Assembly (NCBI GenBank): GCA_937967455.1
Contig: CALCJK010000018.1
Location: 70,293-134,292 of the forward strand
Direction of reading: 5' to 3'
From: an uncultured bacterium
GTDB taxonomy: Bacteria > Bacteroidota > Ignavibacteria > UBA10030 > BY39
DNA length: 64,000 nucleotides
Shown one piece after another: positions 54,215 to 63,195 of this stretch. Below the pieces are notes generated by a model. It saw only the letters and a program-made list of their open reading frames with translations, did not search any database and was not told where the DNA came from. The translations under genes were made by a program, and so were the position numbers. Numbering within the stretch: the stretch's first letter is position 1; each line of letters opens with the position of its first letter.

Positions 54215-56934
54215 ATGATGGATACTGAAACAATAAAACAGGAAATCAGAAAGCTTGTAGAGAAATACAATAAAGTTGTAGAAGAAAAGCGAGTCGGCAA
54301 GTACAACGAGGAGATGACTAAAAAAGATTTTATTCTTCCACTTTTTCGTGCTTTGGGCTGGAACACCGAAGATTCAAACGAGGTTACTGCTGAAGAAAAA
54401 ATCTCCAAAAAAAGAGTTGATTATGGTTTCAGAATTAATGGCATTCCTAAATTTTTCCTTGAAGCAAAAGCACTAAAAGAGGATCTGGACAATCCTAAAT
54501 TTATTGAACAGGCAATTAATTACGCATGGCATAAGGGCTGCACCTGGGCAGTTCTTACTGATTTTGAAAGCGTGAAAATCTTTAATGCAGAATGGAAAAC
54601 ATCTAACCCATTGCAAAGCCATCTTAAAACAATTCCATACCAGGAATTTTTAGAGAGGTTCAGTGAATTGTGGCTTTTGTCGAGAGAAAGTTTTGAGCAA
54701 GGATTAATTGATAAAGAAGCTGAAAAATGGGGAAAGAAAACAAAAAAGATTTCTGTTGATAAACAGCTTTTGGCTGACTTCACAAGATTCAGAGAATTGC
54801 TTTCAAAAAACATAATGAAGTTAAATCAAAACAAAAATATTACGGAAGAAGAGTTAGACGAGTCAATTCAGAGAATTCTGGACAGACTGATTTTCATAAG
54901 AAACTGTGAGGACAGAGAGCTTGAAGCAAAAACTTTAATCTCCAGCTTCAGGGAATGGGAAAGCAGAGGCAGAGGACAGTTAATAAAAAGTTTAAGAGAA
55001 GTTTTTGCCTATTTCGACGAACAATACAACAGCAAGATATTTGCTAAACATTTATGCGATAGTTTGGATATAGACAATGAGGTTTTGCACGAAATTATTG
55101 AGGGACTTTATTTTACAAAGGACAAATCTGTTTCTTATGATTTTTCAGCTATTGAAGCAGATGTCTTAGGCAATATTTACGAGCAGTATTTAGGACATAT
55201 TTTAAAGAAAAGCGAGAAGAGGGCGAAACTTACAGAAAGCCATGCACGCAGAAAAGAACAGGGAATTTATTACACACCTACATATATTGTTGATTACATT
55301 GTTAGAAATACTTTGGGAGAATTGCTTAAAGACAAAAAAGTAGATCTTGAAAAAATCAGAGTGTTAGACCCTGCCTGCGGTTCTGGCTCATTCTTGATTA
55401 AAGCTTTTGATGTTTTGAATGAGTACTATGCAAAGCACGACAAAAACTATTCACAGACGCAGATTGACTTTGAAACGAGTATGCCATTCACAACGAAAAT
55501 AAAAATCCTTAAAAACAACATTTTCGGTGTTGATTTGGATAAACAGGCAGTAGAAATTGCACAGCTTAATCTTTTATTGAAAATTGCAGAAAAAGGGGCA
55601 TCGCCTTCCATTGCTCCAGGAAAATATTAAATGCGGAAATTCCTTAATTGACGACCCAGCAATAGCAGGAGACAAAGCTTTCAAATGGGAAGAAGAATTT
55701 AAAGAAGTAATGCAAGAAGGCGGGTTTGATGTGGTGATTGGGAATCCGCCTTATGTATTTACAAGAGATGTAGAATTTCAACAATCGTTCAAAGAGTATG
55801 TTCAAAATAACTACTTTAAAGGTTTGGAATCAATATCTAAAAGTAAAGCAATCTGGGAAAGTTAATCTTTATGCTATCTTTCTGATTAAAGCAATTAAAT
55901 TATTAAGAAATCGTGGGATTTTTGGTTTTATTATTCCCAATAATATTTTGAGAACAACTACTTATGATATTATAAGAAAATTCATTTTGGATAATTGTAA
56001 AATATTAAAAATTGTTGATTTGGGGGCTGATGTATTTGAGGGAGTTACAGCAGCAACAATTATTTTAATTTTAGAAAAAGAAGACAGCAAAATCAAAAGA
56101 GATAAAAATAAAGTTGTAATTTATTCTGGAATTAATTTAAACGATAAAAAAGAAGTTGAGCAAAAAGAATTTTTAGAGAATACAAGTTATACATTTAATA
56201 TAACTCTCGGAAAGGAAGATAGAAAGATTTTTGATAAGATTGAGAAAGGTTCAATTTTGCTTGGCAACGAGTCAAAATATATAATTGAGGGAATTGTTGG
56301 AAATAGAAAAAAAGATGTTGTAGACTCCCCGATTAATGATAAATGTAGAAAATTCTTGGTCGGCAAAGATATAGGTAGATATAAAATTGATTACAAAGGC
56401 AAATATATTATTTATGATAAAAATAGGCTTAATCGTGCGAGACCAGAAGAAGTATTCACCTCTAAAAAAATAATTATTCAAAGAATAAGCGGCGGGAATA
56501 GACCTTTAGCTTGTGTTTTAGATACTCAAAAATATTATACCTTTGCATCAACAAATCTTATACTTCTAAAAGACGATTCTAACTTTGAATTAGAATATAT
56601 TACAGGGTTATTGAATTCAAAACTAATAAACTATTATTATGTAAATAAATTTACAAACAAATCAACTTTAACTGTGAATATTTCGAGGACATATTTGGAA
56701 CAAATTCCAATAAAACTCATCCAAGAATCCGAACAACAGTCAATAATAAACCTCGTCGACAAAATGCTCTCACTCAACAAACGCCTCAATGAAATCGGCG
56801 ACAAAAAGACAGATGAAAGAGCAAGAATTGAAGAAGAAATCAAAAATACAGATACTGAAATTGATGAGCTTGTTTATAAAATTTATGGCATAACCGAAGA
56901 AGAGAAAAAGATTATCGAGGATAGTTTGGAATAA
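54215..56934 (+). pseudogene. Type IIG (Eco57I/MmeI-like) restriction-modification enzyme, interrupted by two frameshifts
   Basis: Three consecutive overlapping ORFs. ORF 54215..55630 has an N-terminal nuclease-like domain plus MTase motif I (VLDPACGSGSFL). ORF 55584..55865 carries NIKCGNSLI and the NPPY motif IV. ORF 55798..56934 has the LYAIFLIKAIKLL...IIPNNIL helper region and a C-terminal TRD. Frame switches occur near the A5G4 run at 55592-55600 and at ~55830-55860. Confidence 0.7.
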
Positions 56935-57155
56935 CGTCGTTTAATCTAACGGCTCGGCGCATTTAAAAAGAATTATATTGAAATGAAGAAAGAAGTCCTT
57001 TTGATTTTTTAAAAAAAAATTATGATATTAATGAAAACTATATTACAAATAAATTGTTTGATTCAGGAGAAAAAGATAAAACAACTAAAAGAAATATAAA
57101 GTAATTATAAGAGTTATTAGCCATCGTAAACAAACTAATCAGAAAGTAATTCCAT

Positions 57156-57924
57156 ATGGCTAAGTATAAGCTTACGATCGCACATGACACATTCCATTAT
57201 TACCAACTTCAAGTTCTTTTTCTGTCTCTTATCAAAAATTCCAAAAGCGTCGAAGCTCTAGCCCGCAAACTTTCTGACCAGCAACTTAAAAGTAGAGAAT
57301 ATGAAACGATTCGGGATTGCAGTATGATCACGCGTAAGATGCCCACACTGGTCACGTTACTTTCTTTATCAGTTCCTAACGCCAATGAGCATTGTTAATG
57401 CATTTTTCGTCTTCGGCCTAACGCTTGATGTTCTTGGTGCGTTCTACTTGGCACAGAGTTTCATAACCAAAGGTCTAGAGGATCTCACCTTCGAGGGTAC
57501 GTCAGGCTATGGTAGTCCGCCAAACCTACGTTACATAAGAAGCAACCTTTATCAGAAAGCTGAAGCACAAATTGGATTCTTTCTTCTTGCAACCGGGTTC
57601 ATCCTTCAGGCATTTGATTACATCTATCTCAACAAGTCAGACTCTCTAACTATTGATACTTACTATGTTCTTATTGGCGTTCTTCTAATAAGCGTCGTCG
57701 GTTTTCTTTTAGCAAGAGTTGTGAGAAATAAGCTGTTCACCCGTTACGCTAGGCGAATGGCATTCATTGTCATCAGAGAAAGCAAGCCAGAAAATTTTCG
57801 CAATGACAAATGGATAGTCACTGTAGCTCATTACCTTCTTCCAAAACTTGAACGTGAACCGAACGAAGATGACCAATCATTTGCCAGTAGAGTATTATTG
57901 GAAATTGGTTTTAAATACAAGTAA
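57156..57924 (+). CDS. cassette 1: hypothetical 4-TM membrane protein (179-aa ORF 57385..57924) preceded by overlapping 80-aa ORF 57156..57398, possibly one frameshifted gene
   Basis: MSIVNAFFVFGLTLDVLGAFYLAQSF... with about 4 TM helices. GC content is higher than the flanks. The upstream ORF ends in a hydrophobic stretch (LVTLLSLSV) in another frame. Confidence 0.35.
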
Positions 57925-57935
57925 TTTGCAACGGC

Positions 57936-58030
57936 GTATAACAGAACCTATATTGAAATTAGATAAAGCGGTTCGCACAAATTTCCCTTCAGAAAACTTC
58001 ATAAATGCAATAAATCAATAAAAGTTATAT
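57936..58030 (+). repeat. attC-like site D (R'' GTATAAC ... R' GTTATAT)
   Basis: TATAAC immediately after the stop codon and GTTATAT at 58024-58030. Length is 95 bp. Confidence 0.4.
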
Positions 58031-58186
58031 TTGTTCTATACAGAGTCCATTTGAATCTTTCTTAAAAATAGCTTAAATTAGAATAGAAATAAAAGCAGAA
58101 AGAATTAAATGAATAATAAACTAAATGAAATAAAAACGAAATATTGCGTAATTACTGAAGTTATGCGCAATTGGCAACTTTGACCT

Positions 58187-58888
58187 ATGGTTACATCATA
58201 TCTCGACCGAATCAAGCAAGAGATTCGTTCTAGCCCGACGGCTTCGTTCACAGAATCAGTTGAGTACCATCTGGACTACCTTCAACCGAGGCTTGCGGGT
58301 TTCGACAAGCTGACAAGAAAGCTATATCATTCAATCAGCCAGCCGCAGCAGTTCTGTGACTTCCTGACCGAGGCTCATTGGGCGATGGTTCTACTTCATC
58401 TTGGCGGAAATGCCGAATACGAACCTTTGGGTGAATCTGGTCCTGACATTCGATTCCATTTCGACGGCCAGAAAGCGGACCTGCACTGCAAGCGTTTACG
58501 TAATGACCCCAAGACTGCTGAAAAATTGAAAAACTATCGAGGACAACTGGTCGAATATGGCAACGTTCTCGACGACACGGTGAGCCTCTTCGACAGAATC
58601 ACATCTGAGAGACCCCGACACATAGATTCTACTCTCCCACAGATCGTTGCCTATTGGTCTGACAGCGAGCGAATCGAGGAACACGAATTCGACTACGCAA
58701 TAAGAGACATTCAATCTGCTGCGGCTGGCGGCAAACACCTTTGGATTAGTGCGGTCATCTACAAAGTCAGAATATCCCAAGGGTTTATATATTGGTACAG
58801 TCCATTCGCAACTGTGCAGGTACCGACTGAATTGAAAATTGAATTTGAGAAATTGCAGCCTTGGCCATCAGTTGCCAACTGCACATAA
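58187..58888 (+). CDS. cassette 2: hypothetical protein (high GC, possible PD-(D/E)xK-like nuclease fold)
   Basis: 233 aa at about 48% GC against a ~33% background. Contains GPDIRFHFDGQKADLHCK. The stop codon is embedded in the R'' box. Confidence 0.4.
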   Translation: MVTSYLDRIKQEIRSSPTASFTESVEYHLDYLQPRLAGFDKLTRKLYHSISQPQQFCDFLTEAHWAMVLLHLGGNAEYEPLGESGPDIRFHFDGQKADLHCKRLRNDPKTAEKLKNYRGQLVEYGNVLDDTVSLFDRITSERPRHIDSTLPQIVAYWSDSERIEEHEFDYAIRDIQSAAAGGKHLWISAVIYKVRISQGFIYWYSPFATVQVPTELKIEFEKLQPWPSVANCT

Positions 58889-59100
58889 CAGCACAAACCA
58901 CGACACTCGTTTTATGAAAATGGATTATTGTACTCATTCCATTGTTTTTGCCGATAAAATAGATTGCAGCTCCAGCCGCACGAAAAAATTAGTTAATAAG
59001 AGTGCGGCTGTCGCCGCAACATTTTGCCCACCTCGTGGCTTCGCCACTTCGGTAGGCATTAACGGCAAAAACAACGGCGTGCTTACGCTAAACGTTATAT
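58883..59100 (+). repeat. attC-like site A (R'' ACATAAC overlapping stop ... R' GTTATAT)
   Basis: ACATAAC at 58883-58889, an internal 9-bp inverted repeat CAGCCGCAC/GTGCGGCTG, and GTTATAT at 59094-59100. The left 42 nt are homologous to the left end of site B. Confidence 0.45.
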
Positions 59101-59137
59101 GAAATGGCGGTTTCAAGATGAATAGAGGTAGAAAAAT

Positions 59138-60274
59138 ATGAAATCTAACGATAGTACTCAATTAACACTAGAAAATTTAGAAGATGTTCCACTTACTTAT
59201 GGAGCAGTGATATTAAATAAAGAAAAATTCATTGAAGTTTTATCTGGAATTGTTAATACGGACGATATGAATTCTGTAAAAAATAGGGTCATTATCTTAA
59301 AAGATATTTTAGCTAATCACAGAAAAGATCAAGAAGGGATATTAAATATTGATACTAACGGAGATACTATCCTACTTCGACGAGATGTTATTATTTCTGA
59401 ATTAAATCAGATTATAGAATCTCAGACGAAGGAAAGAGCCGATTACTATTTAAAAAGATTGATAGAGGGAGCTCAAAAAGTCAAAACAAGCAAAATCAAC
59501 GACATAAATCTTTTAAGGTGGAAGGAATATGGCGAAATTATTACTGATAGCCTTTGGATGTTAGGCAAAAGAGATACTTCGGGAGCACATCTTGGATGGT
59601 ACTGGGGGAACTTTATCCCCCAAATTCCGCATCAAATGATGTTAAGATACACCAAAAGAGGGGATTGGGTTTTAGATACTTTTGTTGGAAGTGGAACAAC
59701 CTTAATTGAATGCCGAAGATTAGGTAGAAACGGAATCGGTATAGAATTAAATACAGAAGTGGCACAGAGTGCAAAAGAATTAATTGGAAAGGAGCAAAAT
59801 AGAGATAATGTGGTCAGTGAAGTAATTATTGGCGATAGTAGAACTATAGATATAAGAGAAATTTTAGAAAGATATAAAATTAATCAAGTTCAACTTCTTA
59901 TTATGCACCCGCCTTATCACGATATTATTAAGTTTTCAAAAGACAAAAATGACCTCTCAAATGCAAAGAATACAGAAGAATTTTTAAAAATGTTTGGGGA
60001 AGTAGTGGATAATGCTACTTCATATTTAGAAAAAGGAAGATATTTTGCATTAGTTATTGGTGATAAATACTCCAAAGGCGAATGGATACCTTTGGGCTTT
60101 CTCTGTATGCAAGAGGTATTGAAAAGAGGATACAAGTTAAAAAGCATAATTGTAAAGAATTTTGAAGAAACAAGAGGAAAGAGGAATCAAAAGGAACTTT
60201 GGCGATACAGGGCATTAGTTGGCGGGTTTTACATTTTTAAGCATGAATATATTATGCTATTCAAGAAAAAATAG
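59138..60274 (+). CDS. cassette 3 gene 1: DNA methyltransferase (N6-adenine/N4-cytosine, PF01555-like)
   Basis: IPHQMMLRYTKRGDWVLDTFVGSGTTLIECRRLGRNGIGIEL (SAM-binding motif I region) and LLIMHPPY (motif IV). Confidence 0.7.
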   Translation: MKSNDSTQLTLENLEDVPLTYGAVILNKEKFIEVLSGIVNTDDMNSVKNRVIILKDILANHRKDQEGILNIDTNGDTILLRRDVIISELNQIIESQTKERADYYLKRLIEGAQKVKTSKINDINLLRWKEYGEIITDSLWMLGKRDTSGAHLGWYWGNFIPQIPHQMMLRYTKRGDWVLDTFVGSGTTLIECRRLGRNGIGIELNTEVAQSAKELIGKEQNRDNVVSEVIIGDSRTIDIREILERYKINQVQLLIMHPPYHDIIKFSKDKNDLSNAKNTEEFLKMFGEVVDNATSYLEKGRYFALVIGDKYSKGEWIPLGFLCMQEVLKRGYKLKSIIVKNFEETRGKRNQKELWRYRALVGGFYIFKHEYIMLFKKK

Positions 60275-60285
60275 GAGATAAAACT

Positions 60286-61119
60286 ATGCCATTATTAAGT
60301 CAAAAAGAAGTATTAAATTTAAAACTCAGTTGTATTCCATTACCGCAGTTAAAAACGTTCACTCTAAATTTAGGAATTAGTAACACTGGTTCAGCGGGAG
60401 AGATTATTAAAAGAGTTTTAGACAAGGAAATAGATGTAAAAATTGTGCAGGAATTCATAAAACAAAAATATAATGAGAAGATTCAAAAACGGAGAGAGAT
60501 TATTTCTGATGAGGATTTAAAGAGAGAGTTAATGAAGGTTAAAACTTTTTCTTGGGGTGTAATTCAGGGGCAATTGGATCAAAAAATACAAACTGAATAT
60601 GTAAGAAGAATTGTCCGATATGAAGAGTTGCTGAATAATGTTAGGGCGAAACTTCATGATGAGGTAACAAATTATGTAATTTGCACATGGTTTAACCATT
60701 GGACAACTGTGCTAATAGAAGAACATATAAGCACTCATTCAAAAGTAATCCCTACTATTAAAAACATAAAAGGGATTGATATTTTCTTTGATGGGCAACC
60801 ATTTGATTTAAAAGTAACTTATTTACCACGCGAATATAATCCAGTAGATGCGATAAAAAATCCTTCTGAATTGGCAATCTGGCTATATGAAAATCAAGGT
60901 GCTCAAAGATTTGGGTCTGATAACCGGTTATTTGTTGTTTTGTTAGATAAAGATAATCCTGAACGAAGTTGGGAGTTAAAAAGAGATTTTGTCCTTGTAT
61001 TTCAGATGATTGACAATTTCTTTAATAAGGAAACCGTTTCAAAGAAAGATGAGATTGTTTTCACTTTTGGAAGAAAAACATATACGGCAGTTACAAAAGT
61101 ATTAATAATAACAAAATGA
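60286..61119 (+). CDS. cassette 3 gene 2: putative cognate restriction endonuclease (inferred from context only)
   Basis: 277-aa ORF starting 12 nt after the methyltransferase stop and lying in the same cassette. No recognisable motif. Confidence 0.3.
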   Translation: MPLLSQKEVLNLKLSCIPLPQLKTFTLNLGISNTGSAGEIIKRVLDKEIDVKIVQEFIKQKYNEKIQKRREIISDEDLKRELMKVKTFSWGVIQGQLDQKIQTEYVRRIVRYEELLNNVRAKLHDEVTNYVICTWFNHWTTVLIEEHISTHSKVIPTIKNIKGIDIFFDGQPFDLKVTYLPREYNPVDAIKNPSELAIWLYENQGAQRFGSDNRLFVVLLDKDNPERSWELKRDFVLVFQMIDNFFNKETVSKKDEIVFTFGRKTYTAVTKVLIITK

Positions 61120-61132
61120 AACCGCTACTTCA

Positions 61133-61361
61133 TATAACACAGCATAAAAGTCACAGCCCTTTTTCCAAAAGGGCTGGATCCAGCCCATTCTTTAGAATGG
61201 GCTGTGAGTTCGTGTCTTATGGCACTCACCCAAACCCAGCACTTTTTAGGTGGGCAATGCGAACCTACTTCTTGAGGAGACGATATTATAAGGGTTTCAG
61301 TGATGTGTAGAAGAAAAACGATAAAAAAGTGCTGGGCTTCTTTTATGCTGGGAACGTTATA
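61133..61361 (+). repeat. attC-like site C (R'' ATATAAC ... R' GTTATAT) with strong hairpins
   Basis: ATATAAC at 61133-61139. Hairpins AGCCCTTTT-TCC-AAAAGGGCT and CAGCCCATTC-TTTA-GAATGGGCTG. A 13-bp long-range inverted repeat CCCAGCACTTTTT/AAAAAGTGCTGGG. GTTATAT at 61355-61361. Confidence 0.5.
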
Positions 61362-61404
61362 TGTAATTGGCGTGCAAATTTTAAAAAACTAGGAGGACAA
61401 AGAA

Positions 61405-61896
61405 ATGGCCAGAAAAGTATTTTATAGTTTTTATTACAAAGAAGATAACTGGAGAGCGTCTCAAGTTAGAAGTATGGGAATTATTGAAGGCAACCAACCT
61501 GTTTCAGATAATGATTGGGAACAAATTAAAAAAGGCGGAGATGAAGCCATTAAAAGATGGATTAATCAACAACTTAATGGTAGGTCATGTACTATAGTTT
61601 TAATTGGGACAAATACAGCAGGAAGAAAATGGATAAAATATGAAATTGAAAAATCTTGGAATGACAGGAAAGGATTATTGGGTATTTACATTCATAATTT
61701 AAAAGATAAAAATGGTAACAAAAGTTACAAAGGAAATAATCCATTTGATGATTTTCAGCTTAACGGTAAACCATTGTCACAAATAGTTAAAGCCTATGAT
61801 CCTCCATATTCAAATAGTAAAGATGTTTATGATTATATAAAAAACAATATAGCATCATGGGTTGAAGAAGCCATAAGTATTCGTAATAATTATTGA
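61405..61896 (+). CDS. cassette 4 gene 1: TIR-like (MTH538/DUF1863, Thoeris ThsB-like) protein
   Basis: MARKVFYSFYYKEDNWRASQVRSMG...CTIVLIGTNTAGRKWIKYEIEKSW...GIYIHNLKDKNGNKSYKGNNPFDDF closely follows the ThsB/DUF1863 pattern (KVFxSFhYxD..w..nqvRn ... CVLIG..T..R.WV.YEI ... GIHIN..KDK.GN...KG.NPFD). Confidence 0.65.
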   Translation: MARKVFYSFYYKEDNWRASQVRSMGIIEGNQPVSDNDWEQIKKGGDEAIKRWINQQLNGRSCTIVLIGTNTAGRKWIKYEIEKSWNDRKGLLGIYIHNLKDKNGNKSYKGNNPFDDFQLNGKPLSQIVKAYDPPYSNSKDVYDYIKNNIASWVEEAISIRNNY

Positions 61897-61908
61897 GAGA
61901 ATAAGAAT

Positions 61909-62343
61909 ATGGAAGAAAAAAAAACTGATATCAATTCTCAGGCTGTTCAATCACATTTAAACATTACCCAGTCTGTGATACAGCGAATGGCAACGAATAG
62001 TTCTTCATGCAAAGCGTGGTGTATAACAGTAGTTTCAGCAATTTTGGTTATTGTAGCAGATAAAGGGAAATCTCAATATGCTTATATTGCAATAATACCG
62101 AATATTCTTTTTTTGGTTTTAGATACTTATTATTTAGCCTTGGAAAAAATGTTTCGCATTTCATATAACGATTTTATAAAAAAATTACATGAAAATGTGA
62201 TTGACTTTTCCGATTTATTTGTAGTTATTCCAAAAGGAAACTTGATAAAAATGTTTTTTAAGTCTATTATATCATTTTCTGTTTGGCTATTCTACTTAAC
62301 GCTTTTAATTATGATATTATTAGCAAAAGAAATTATACTTTGA
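61909..62343 (+). CDS. cassette 4 gene 2: 144-aa three-TM protein (candidate membrane effector partner of the TIR protein)
   Basis: A soluble 35-aa N-terminus, then TM segments AWCITVVSAILVIVA, YAYIAIIPNILFLVLDTYYLAL and FSVWLFYLTLLIMILLA. Starts 12 nt after the TIR gene. Confidence 0.5.
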   Translation: MEEKKTDINSQAVQSHLNITQSVIQRMATNSSSCKAWCITVVSAILVIVADKGKSQYAYIAIIPNILFLVLDTYYLALEKMFRISYNDFIKKLHENVIDFSDLFVVIPKGNLIKMFFKSIISFSVWLFYLTLLIMILLAKEIIL

Positions 62344-62378
62344 AAGAATATGATTGAGAAGAATAACACGCCAACAAC

Positions 62379-62432
62379 ATATAACAGCGGCTATACGCCA
62401 TTAAAACGGCGCATAGCCGCAAACCGTTATAC
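62379..62432 (+). repeat. attC-like site E (compact 54 bp: ATATAAC-ag-CGGCTATACGCC-attaaaac-GGCGCATAGCCG-caaacc-GTTATAC)
   Basis: The R'' and R' boxes are inverse complements in 6 of 7 positions. The L''/L' 12-bp inverted repeat has one mismatch and asymmetric spacers, the classic attC architecture. Confidence 0.55.
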
Positions 62433-62456
62433 GCAATGTGCGCAACGGAGGATGAA

Positions 62457-62996
62457 ATGACTAAGACAGTTTTGATCTGCCTATTTACCTTTTTCGTAAT
62501 TGTAAGCGGATGCAAGAAGGAAACTATCACAGGACCCACTGAACCGCAAGATCTTATTTCGAACGTGTCATTCGAACTCAACGGCAATCCGTCCATCGAT
62601 GGTTGGATTTATTGGAGCAATGTCGACTCAATGGTTCAGTTTTCCAATGATGTACCGAACGGAGGCGGTAATTGGTCAGTCCATCTCCGGGTCGGTGATC
62701 GAGTTGTCAAATTCTTGCAGACGAAAATAGCCGCACCTACTGGACGCAATCGCTTCAGAATATCTGTATGGGCACGAAGAGGTCTCATGGAAGCCGGAGG
62801 AAGCCCAAGCGTTGCTGTTCTTTCCCTCAATGACACAACCCGAAAGATTCTCAACGTTCAGGATACAACGTGGGGATATTATGAAGCTTTCGATACGATC
62901 GACACAGTAATTGGAGATAGTCTAACGGTAAGGCTTGGTGATGGATATCTGAGTGAAACATATTTCGATCTGTGCCGCTTACAATTACTTAAATAA
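62457..62996 (+). CDS. cassette 5: lipoprotein of unknown function (beta-sandwich/CBM-like?)
   Basis: Signal peptide plus lipobox MTKTVLICLFTFFVIVSGC. Higher GC. The track ORF starts at 62436 (MCATEDE). Confidence 0.5.
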   Translation: MTKTVLICLFTFFVIVSGCKKETITGPTEPQDLISNVSFELNGNPSIDGWIYWSNVDSMVQFSNDVPNGGGNWSVHLRVGDRVVKFLQTKIAAPTGRNRFRISVWARRGLMEAGGSPSVAVLSLNDTTRKILNVQDTTWGYYEAFDTIDTVIGDSLTVRLGDGYLSETYFDLCRLQLLK

Positions 62997-63012
62997 CACT
63001 TGCGCACACTGC

Positions 63013-63167
63013 ACATAACACGGCAAACAACGACACTCGTTTATTTGATATGGCTATGTTGAATCTCGGTAAAACAAATAGTTGTGCTCGTTCCATCCCG
63101 TCCGCCACGAAGAATGAGTCATTTATGGTGGCGGAACGGGACGTCGTTGTTTGCCGAGACGTTAGGC
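63013..63167 (+). repeat. attC-like site B (R'' ACATAAC ... R' GTTAGGC)
   Basis: GGCAAACAACGAC pairs with GTCGTTGTTTGCC at 13 bp. An internal bulged inverted repeat CCATCCCGTCCGCCAC/GTGGCGGAACGGGACG. A canonical GTTRRRY core GTTAGGC at 63161-63167. Confidence 0.55.
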
Positions 63168-63195
63168 GAAACGGTGAAGTAAGAAGGTGAAGATA

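Noticed and set aside
56935-57120. Possible sixth attC-like site after the Type IIG RM gene (ATCTAAC right after the stop, GTTATTA ~170 nt later)
   Set aside because: The R'' box matches the consensus well, but the interior is AT-rich with no convincing inverted repeats and the R' candidate is poor. Too weak to call.
61116-61310. 64-aa ORF overlapping the end of the putative endonuclease gene
   Set aside because: It falls entirely within attC-like site C, whose strong hairpins generate the open frame. No RBS.
62333-62596. 87-aa minus-strand ORF
   Set aside because: Spans attC-like site E and the start of the lipoprotein gene on the opposite strand. Shadow ORF.
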